From NCBI GenBank assembly GCA_043818055.1, contig JBDRGF010000139.1, positions 1 through 20,494 of the forward strand: a stretch of 20,494 nucleotides of DNA, given 5' to 3'. Under the pieces are notes generated by a model. The model was not told where the DNA came from. It was given only the letters and a program-made list of their open reading frames with translations, and ran no database searches. This DNA comes from Pseudomonadota bacterium (GTDB lineage Bacteria > UBA10199 > 2-02-FULL-44-16 > JBDRGF01). The position numbers and the translations under genes are program-made. Position 1 is the stretch's first letter, and the number at the start of each line of letters is the position of its first letter. This document shows, in pieces, positions 15,298-20,494 of the stretch.

Positions 15298-16344
15298 TCA
15301 AGATCTCTTTCCAAAAAGATTGATCGCGAGCGTCACATCATAAACATCTCTCAATCCCCACACTATTTCATCCGGAGGAAGATACCGCTCGGCGATCCTT
15401 GTGCCATAAGATTGTGCATTCTTTCTTACAGCAAGCAAGAAGGAATGCCTATCAGAAGGATATGGATCGATACAGGGTGAGCGATTTACTAATACAGTCG
15501 ATGCAATAATTGGCGCATTTAGTATTCTGGAAGCCTTCGCCATCGAGGCAGTTGCATAGCGGCTAATAGCATTAAAAGGTTTCGTCCTTCTAAAGTAATG
15601 AGTGAGATTGAGCACATAATCAATTGGGTCGTCCTTTCCAAGCTGAAACCCTCTGACCATGCCGCATGCACCTGTTTTCAGCAGCTCGCCACAGTAGGAT
15701 ACAAATACCGATGGCGGTCCATCCAATTGCCGCCTTCCCTCCAAAGATGCAACAGGTCGATCGTTATCATCCGCCCTTCTTGGCATCACAATCGGCAATG
15801 GATTTCTCTCTTTAAGAAACTTCATATATACAGGCACCTGATGTCCATCCCCATCGACGCCGACAAAAAAACCTCGCATGCCTTGTAAAACAAGCTTTTT
15901 AGAAAGATTACAAATCGAACCACTGCTAGTGATTAACCTCATAGCGGCACTTGCAGCATCCAATTCTGGTTTTTCATCTGAAAGATCACACCAGAAGAGC
16001 CCCGCTGGAAATGCAAGCCATGCCGGTGTATTTTTTGATTCGACGAGCATCCTGAGCGCTCCCTCGATGATGCTGAGACCGCACTCGTTGACATGCTGAT
16101 CATAAGTCTGAAGCAAAGGCCTGTATCTGAAATCCTCATCTTCACTCACTATAACAGCCCCAACATCAAACTGTCTCCATATCTTTGATGGTTGAGATCC
16201 TAGTTTTGTATCTTTATACCTCTCACTCTGAGACAGAGGTCTCTGGTCAAAGCCATCTTCTCCTGCACTGTGATTTATCCCCAACACATTACTTACACCC
16301 AAATGCGTTTTTATGTTTGTTCCTATTGGTCTTGTCATAATCAC
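15298..16344 (-). CDS. Hypothetical protein, weak resemblance to the carbon-nitrogen hydrolase fold
   Basis: 348-aa ORF co-oriented downstream of the aminotransferase; LAFPAG, VGVDG and VSYCGE motifs. Confidence 0.55.
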   Translation of the reverse strand: MIMTRPIGTNIKTHLGVSNVLGINHSAGEDGFDQRPLSQSERYKDTKLGSQPSKIWRQFDVGAVIVSEDEDFRYRPLLQTYDQHVNECGLSIIEGALRMLVESKNTPAWLAFPAGLFWCDLSDEKPELDAASAAMRLITSSGSICNLSKKLVLQGMRGFFVGVDGDGHQVPVYMKFLKERNPLPIVMPRRADDNDRPVASLEGRRQLDGPPSVFVSYCGELLKTGACGMVRGFQLGKDDPIDYVLNLTHYFRRTKPFNAISRYATASMAKASRILNAPIIASTVLVNRSPCIDPYPSDRHSFLLAVRKNAQSYGTRIAERYLPPDEIVWGLRDVYDVTLAINLFGKRS

Positions 16345-16383
16345 ACCTTTTTTTGCAGTAATTTGAAAATTTGGTGATATTAC

Positions 16384-17448
16384 TTATCTTCTCTTCCTTA
16401 AATATCTTCCAATCCTCTCCAGCCCCTCTTTGATTTTTTCCAGATCTAGCGCGTAGGAGAAACGAACCCTGTCCGGGGCACCGAACCATTCGCCGGGATA
16501 TGTTATCACCTTATGTTTGTGAAACATATCAAACACGAACTTGTTCGCATCCTTGATCTTAGGCAGAACATAAAAAGCTCCCTCTGGCTTCCAAAGATCG
16601 AGGCCAAGATCTTTCATCCCATCATAAATAGTATCCCTTCTCTTCCTCCAGATCTTCACCTGATCGGATACGAACTTTCCCGGAGCCTTTAAGGCATGCA
16701 GTGCCACCTGCTGGGAGAGTATGCCGGTGTTCATGGAGGTATGAGTCTTCAGCTCGACAACTTTTTTTACAATTTCAAGATCGCTCGAGAAAAGATAGCC
16801 GACCCTCAGCCCACACATCGCAAAGGTCTTTGAAAATGAGTTCACCGTCACAACTTTATCGCCGGACAAAAAATAATTTTTCCTCTCATAGATCAAGTCC
16901 TTATAAACTTCATCTGAAATCAAAGTGACACCAAGCTTCTGAGTGACCCTTTCAATTTCCTTCAATGCATCGATATCCTGAATCCTTCCCGTAGGATTGC
17001 AGGGCGAATTGATCAGCACAGCCTTCACCCCCCTCACCTTCTTTTTGAAATCCGCCACATCAATTTTACCTTCGTGCGTTTTCACAAATACAGGAACGAG
17101 GTGATTCATCTCTATCAAAGGTTTGTATGAATAATAGTAGGGGGTATGAATAAGGATCTTATCGCCCGGCTTCGCTACGACCCTGAAGGTCAAGTCGAGA
17201 GCCTCAGAGGCGCCGTTAGCAATGACGTAGTGATCCCCCGTAAAGGAGTCGTGATGTTTGGCCAACGCCTCGCGAAGTTTAACCTCTCCTTGTATCAAAC
17301 CATATTTGAATGTCCTCATCGTCGGAAGAGACTCGAACACCTCCTTCGGCGGAGGCAGGTCGGGCTGACCCGAGCCGAATGAGATAACTCCATCACCATC
17401 AACGCCAATAAAAATAGCGGGGGATAATTTATTCTGATTCTTTTTCAT
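16384..17448 (-). CDS. PLP-dependent aminotransferase class I/II
   Basis: GQPD, NGASEAL, INSPCNPTG, SDEVY, NSFSKTFAMCGLRVGY, PEGAFY, RFSY. Confidence 0.93.
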   Translation of the reverse strand: MKKNQNKLSPAIFIGVDGDGVISFGSGQPDLPPPKEVFESLPTMRTFKYGLIQGEVKLREALAKHHDSFTGDHYVIANGASEALDLTFRVVAKPGDKILIHTPYYYSYKPLIEMNHLVPVFVKTHEGKIDVADFKKKVRGVKAVLINSPCNPTGRIQDIDALKEIERVTQKLGVTLISDEVYKDLIYERKNYFLSGDKVVTVNSFSKTFAMCGLRVGYLFSSDLEIVKKVVELKTHTSMNTGILSQQVALHALKAPGKFVSDQVKIWRKRRDTIYDGMKDLGLDLWKPEGAFYVLPKIKDANKFVFDMFHKHKVITYPGEWFGAPDRVRFSYALDLEKIKEGLERIGRYLRKRR

Positions 17449-17489
17449 ATAAAGATGTTTTACCCTAATTTTCCCTAGGCTGCAAAAAC

Positions 17490-17523
17490 AAAAAAGCCCC
17501 TATTATGAAATAGGAGCTTTTTT
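17490..17523 (-). terminator. Rho-independent terminator (possibly bidirectional) after the CsgG-like gene
   Basis: AAAAAAGCCCCTATT-ATGA-AATAGGAGCTTTTTT. Confidence 0.75.
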
Positions 17524-17547
17524 CATCGTCCCTATATGGCTATTTTT

Positions 17548-18528
17548 TTATTGCTGCCTCACTATATCGCCCTTGCTAAAACCTCCACCTGATAATGTCG
17601 TAGCGATCGCAAACTTTGGCGTCACTTTTGTAACCTGCACCTGGCCTGCCAGAGTCTCCTCGACGCCCAAAGAGAGCCCAGTGTCTGGATCTACAAGCTC
17701 CGCACCAGCTTTATAGATGGTATATGTATCTCCAATTTTCACACCTGCGCCAGCCCCCGCATTGATATACACCTGAGATCCACCTTTGATAACCTTTCCC
17801 TCCCATGGAACATTCTCCATGGTATCAACTATCCACTGCACACATTTATCGAGCGCGCCTGAAAATGTTTTAGCAAGCGTTGAACGGAAATTAGCACCAC
17901 CGATGCCTGCCGCTCCACCGCCAAATCCTCCGCCGGCAAGCCCCAAAGATGCTTGAGTTTTGCTGCACTCCTTCGAGCCTTTAATTTCGAGCGTTGTCGT
18001 ATCATACCACCTCACAATTACCCTGACCTTATTCGTGCTAACTCCCAAACCACCCAATCCCAAACCTCCACCTCCGGCAGCTCCACCTATCCCACCAAAG
18101 GATGAGCCCTTTCCTGCGCCGGCGAGCATTCCGACAAATAACGCCTGTGCCGCAGCGGCCTTACCTGTCTGCGCTCCGCTTCCCCTGGATAGGCCTGCCT
18201 GCTTTGCAGCCTGCTCCTTCTCTGCAAAGCGGGAGAGTGTCAGATTGCGAGTGTTCCTGTCCCTCTCTACAACGATAAACTTTCCGGTGTTCACAAGCTT
18301 GTCGACAAGCATGTCGCCAAGGTTGACAGCGACATCAGGCCCCATGCTCACATTCTCCATTTTGAAATCGGCAACGGCGACAACTTTTTTAAGCTCCGTA
18401 AGTCCGGCTTCATCCGCCTTTTTACCTTTAGATGATTTTCCCTTCTTTTTGGCATTTGCATCTATTGAAACAAGAGAGAGACAAAGAATGATCGATAGAG
18501 AAATGACCAACATCTTTTTTAACTTCAT
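17548..18528 (-). CDS. Exported CsgG/HfaB family protein with FlgT-like C-terminal beta domain
   Basis: Signal peptide; VAVADF, LVDKLVNTGKFIVVER, Gly-rich hairpins, PWEGKVI, VYINAG...GVKIGD, LVDPDTG.SLG. ATG 18528 has a GGAGG SD. Confidence 0.8.
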   Translation of the reverse strand: MKLKKMLVISLSIILCLSLVSIDANAKKKGKSSKGKKADEAGLTELKKVVAVADFKMENVSMGPDVAVNLGDMLVDKLVNTGKFIVVERDRNTRNLTLSRFAEKEQAAKQAGLSRGSGAQTGKAAAAQALFVGMLAGAGKGSSFGGIGGAAGGGGLGLGGLGVSTNKVRVIVRWYDTTTLEIKGSKECSKTQASLGLAGGGFGGGAAGIGGANFRSTLAKTFSGALDKCVQWIVDTMENVPWEGKVIKGGSQVYINAGAGAGVKIGDTYTIYKAGAELVDPDTGLSLGVEETLAGQVQVTKVTPKFAIATTLSGGGFSKGDIVRQQ

Positions 18529-18646
18529 AATAATTCCTCCTGTGTGATTTTGGCCATCGTATTTCGTATCTCCATAATCGTCAACCATAATTGAGGAGTT
18601 ATGCCTGGACAAAATGATATCCCTATTATAAATCAGTTGCTGGGAA

Positions 18647-18670
18647 GGGCGGTTCGTGAACCGCCCCTAC
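18647..18670 (-). repeat. GTAG-family REP-like palindrome
   Basis: Minus strand reads GTAG-GGGCGGTTC-AC-GAACCGCCC. Confidence 0.7.
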
Positions 18671-18697
18671 GTTAAAATTTTTGAGAGGGGGAATACT

Positions 18698-19378
18698 ATG
18701 AAGAGATTTATAATTTTTTGTTTCGCGGTGCTATTGTCAGCAGCCTTTGTCGGTTTTGGCTGCGGTGGGAAGAGCTACAAGGCGGGTGGCGTGAAGTACA
18801 AAGTCAAAAAGGATAAGATCGTGGAGAGAAGCTACGGCAAGAGCAGAGATGCGAAATATTTCTACAAGCAGCCGCATGTGAAGAAGAACGGCAACATCTA
18901 TGTCATGGGCTCTGTCGATGTGCCCGGCGATTCATCCCCTGCCCGCTGTACGATGGCGGCCGATCTGCAGGCGAGGGTGGAACTTGCAGGTGAACTCAGC
19001 ACCCGACTTGAAAATCAGCTACAATATGCATCCGAGGGTTTTTCGATCGATGCCTCGAGCTTAAAACAGATAGCCTCACAATCGACGAAGATAGAATTTT
19101 TGCAGGGCGTTTATATAGACGAGCGCTTCTGGGAGAAGCGGCTGGTTCAAAGCGGCCCTGATACTTATATCAAATACACATGTTACAGCCGCGTCGTCAT
19201 GCCTCTCGATAAATTCCAGCAGCAGACCGACAGGCTCTTGAAGAATCATGAGAAAAAGGGTGAGTTCACACCTGAATTCCAAAAGGCGGTAGATGCGCAG
19301 TGGAATAATTTCTTCAAGCCGGTCGAAGTGGATGACAACACCGAATATGCGATCGAGTATCTGGAAAATATTCAGTAA
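18698..19378 (+). CDS. Lipoprotein, LPP20-like
   Basis: MKR plus hydrophobic stretch plus FGC lipobox; ADLQARVELA and LQGVYIDERFWEK pattern. Confidence 0.7.
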   Translation: MKRFIIFCFAVLLSAAFVGFGCGGKSYKAGGVKYKVKKDKIVERSYGKSRDAKYFYKQPHVKKNGNIYVMGSVDVPGDSSPARCTMAADLQARVELAGELSTRLENQLQYASEGFSIDASSLKQIASQSTKIEFLQGVYIDERFWEKRLVQSGPDTYIKYTCYSRVVMPLDKFQQQTDRLLKNHEKKGEFTPEFQKAVDAQWNNFFKPVEVDDNTEYAIEYLENIQ

Positions 19379-19412
19379 GTGTTTAAGTGTAGAAGTGTAG
19401 GAGTGTTTAAGT
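19377..19412. repeat. Tandem octamer repeat
   Basis: AAGTGTTT-AAGTGTAG-AAGTGTAG-GAGTGTTT-AAGT. Confidence 0.7.
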
Positions 19413-19428
19413 TATTGAAGGAGAGAGT

Positions 19429-20319
19429 ATGAAGAAGATCCTTTGTGTAACCTTATTTATCTTTCTTATAATTCCACTTAACGGATGGGCCAGGAAAGCT
19501 CCCAAGTGGACGGGGAAGGTGCATTGGGAGGATGGTGGGTATCATTATTTTGTAGGCGTATCGACCAAGTCTATGACTGAGGAATTGGGAAGAAGGGAAG
19601 CGCTCGACAATGCGACAGCAGAGGCTATTCAGTCCCTCTTTGGCATCTCCGGAAAGATGGATCTGACAAGCTTTTCCACCCTACAGAAGATTCAGGTGTC
19701 GCAGGATGTCTTTGTATCATCGGATGAAGTAAACCTTAAAGCAGAATCTGTAGATATCTATGTCGAAAAGATAAAGGATAGTGGAGAGACAAAATATAAC
19801 GTCTATCGCTCCATAAAGGTAAACGAGAGAGATGCCGATAAGGAATTGGCACGTCTCAAAGAGCTTGCCGTCAAGAAAAAGAGTGTGGAGGGAAAAGTTT
19901 TGAGCCCATCCAAAGATTTAGTCGCCGTATCTGTGGAAGGTGAAAGCCTTATTCAAAACGATGATGAACCCGACGCAAAGGCAAAAGCGATAAAGATCGG
20001 TATAAGGCGCAGCTGCGAAAAGCTTATGGCTCACTGGTTCTATCCTGGGACGCTACAGAAAAATTATCCGCGCCTCAACAGCACCATATATGAAAAATGT
20101 TCCTCCTTCTCCAAAAACTACGAAGTGTTGGGCGGATACAGGGAGGATAATCTTTATAAGATCATGATGACGGTCTATCTCAATTCCGGCGATATTCGCA
20201 GGAAACTTATGAATATAGGACTCTTTAGGGAGAGAACTCCAAAGATCGGGCTGTCCTCCCCGACAAAGGTAAAGGAGACTGAATCAATTGATGAAACAAA
20301 TAAATCGGGAGGTGAATAA
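19429..20319 (+). CDS. Exported protein with LPP20-like N-terminal and FlgT-N-like C-terminal regions
   Basis: Signal peptide, APKW...YFVGVS...REALDNA; second region VSVEGES...AKAKAIK...R; SD AAGGAG. Confidence 0.6.
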   Translation: MKKILCVTLFIFLIIPLNGWARKAPKWTGKVHWEDGGYHYFVGVSTKSMTEELGRREALDNATAEAIQSLFGISGKMDLTSFSTLQKIQVSQDVFVSSDEVNLKAESVDIYVEKIKDSGETKYNVYRSIKVNERDADKELARLKELAVKKKSVEGKVLSPSKDLVAVSVEGESLIQNDDEPDAKAKAIKIGIRRSCEKLMAHWFYPGTLQKNYPRLNSTIYEKCSSFSKNYEVLGGYREDNLYKIMMTVYLNSGDIRRKLMNIGLFRERTPKIGLSSPTKVKETESIDETNKSGGE

Positions 20320-20494
20320 TGAAAAGAATCGCCCTGTTGTTAGTTTGCTTTTTATTTTTTGGAATCATCATCGATGCGTCGGCATCTGTGGTTACTATTG
20401 AAGGGAAATCGGTAATCATACCGGACAAGCCTGAGAGGACAAAGGAATTATCTCTGCAGGCTGCTTTGAAAAAGGCCATGGAGACCTATGTCGT
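20319..20494 (+). CDS. Exported protein, FlgT N-terminal-like (partial, runs off the window)
   Basis: TAATG overlap with the previous gene, SD GGAGG; MKRIALLLVCFLFFGIIIDASASVVTIEGKSVI...SLQAALKKAME. Confidence 0.65.
   Translation, partial: MKRIALLLVCFLFFGIIIDASASVVTIEGKSVIIPDKPERTKELSLQAALKKAMETYV

Noticed and set aside
17960..18547. 195-aa Pro/Ala-rich + strand ORF, and other short ORFs antisense to or nested in long genes
   Set aside because: Shadow frames of recognisable genes, here the Gly-rich CsgG-like gene; no independent motifs or RBS.

Overview
Bacterial chromosomal window with housekeeping and envelope genes at both ends and two accessory zones. Left: rlpA, a 960-aa basic protein ending in a caspase-like (clan CD) protease domain, and an AAA ATPase/PD-(D/E)XK gene preceded by palindromes repeating every 51 bp. 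This block is closed by diverged copies of the 3' ends of the protease gene and of rlpA, suggesting nested insertions. SPOR and SnoaL/NTF2 genes follow. Centre: three broken tRNA-Ser copies carrying short hairpin insertions, a small GIY-YIG nuclease, and an intact tRNA-Ser(CGA). Then comes a ~5.8 kb integrase-less island of same-strand genes and scraps: AbiEi-like fragment, DUF1016/YhcG, type IIG RM tail, DUF2971, TIGR04255-like plus 2TM pair, truncated DUF6933-like gene, HNH fragment and RhuM. The DUF1016 and RhuM genes each encode a short segment with an in-frame 25-bp DNA palindrome, and diverged solo copies of each palindrome type sit at nearby gene junctions. Right: Pif1-WYL helicase, mini SWIB-like protein, orphan, class I/II aminotransferase, CsgG-like protein and an exported LPP20/FlgT-like cluster. 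All family calls are from motif recognition by eye; no searches were run.
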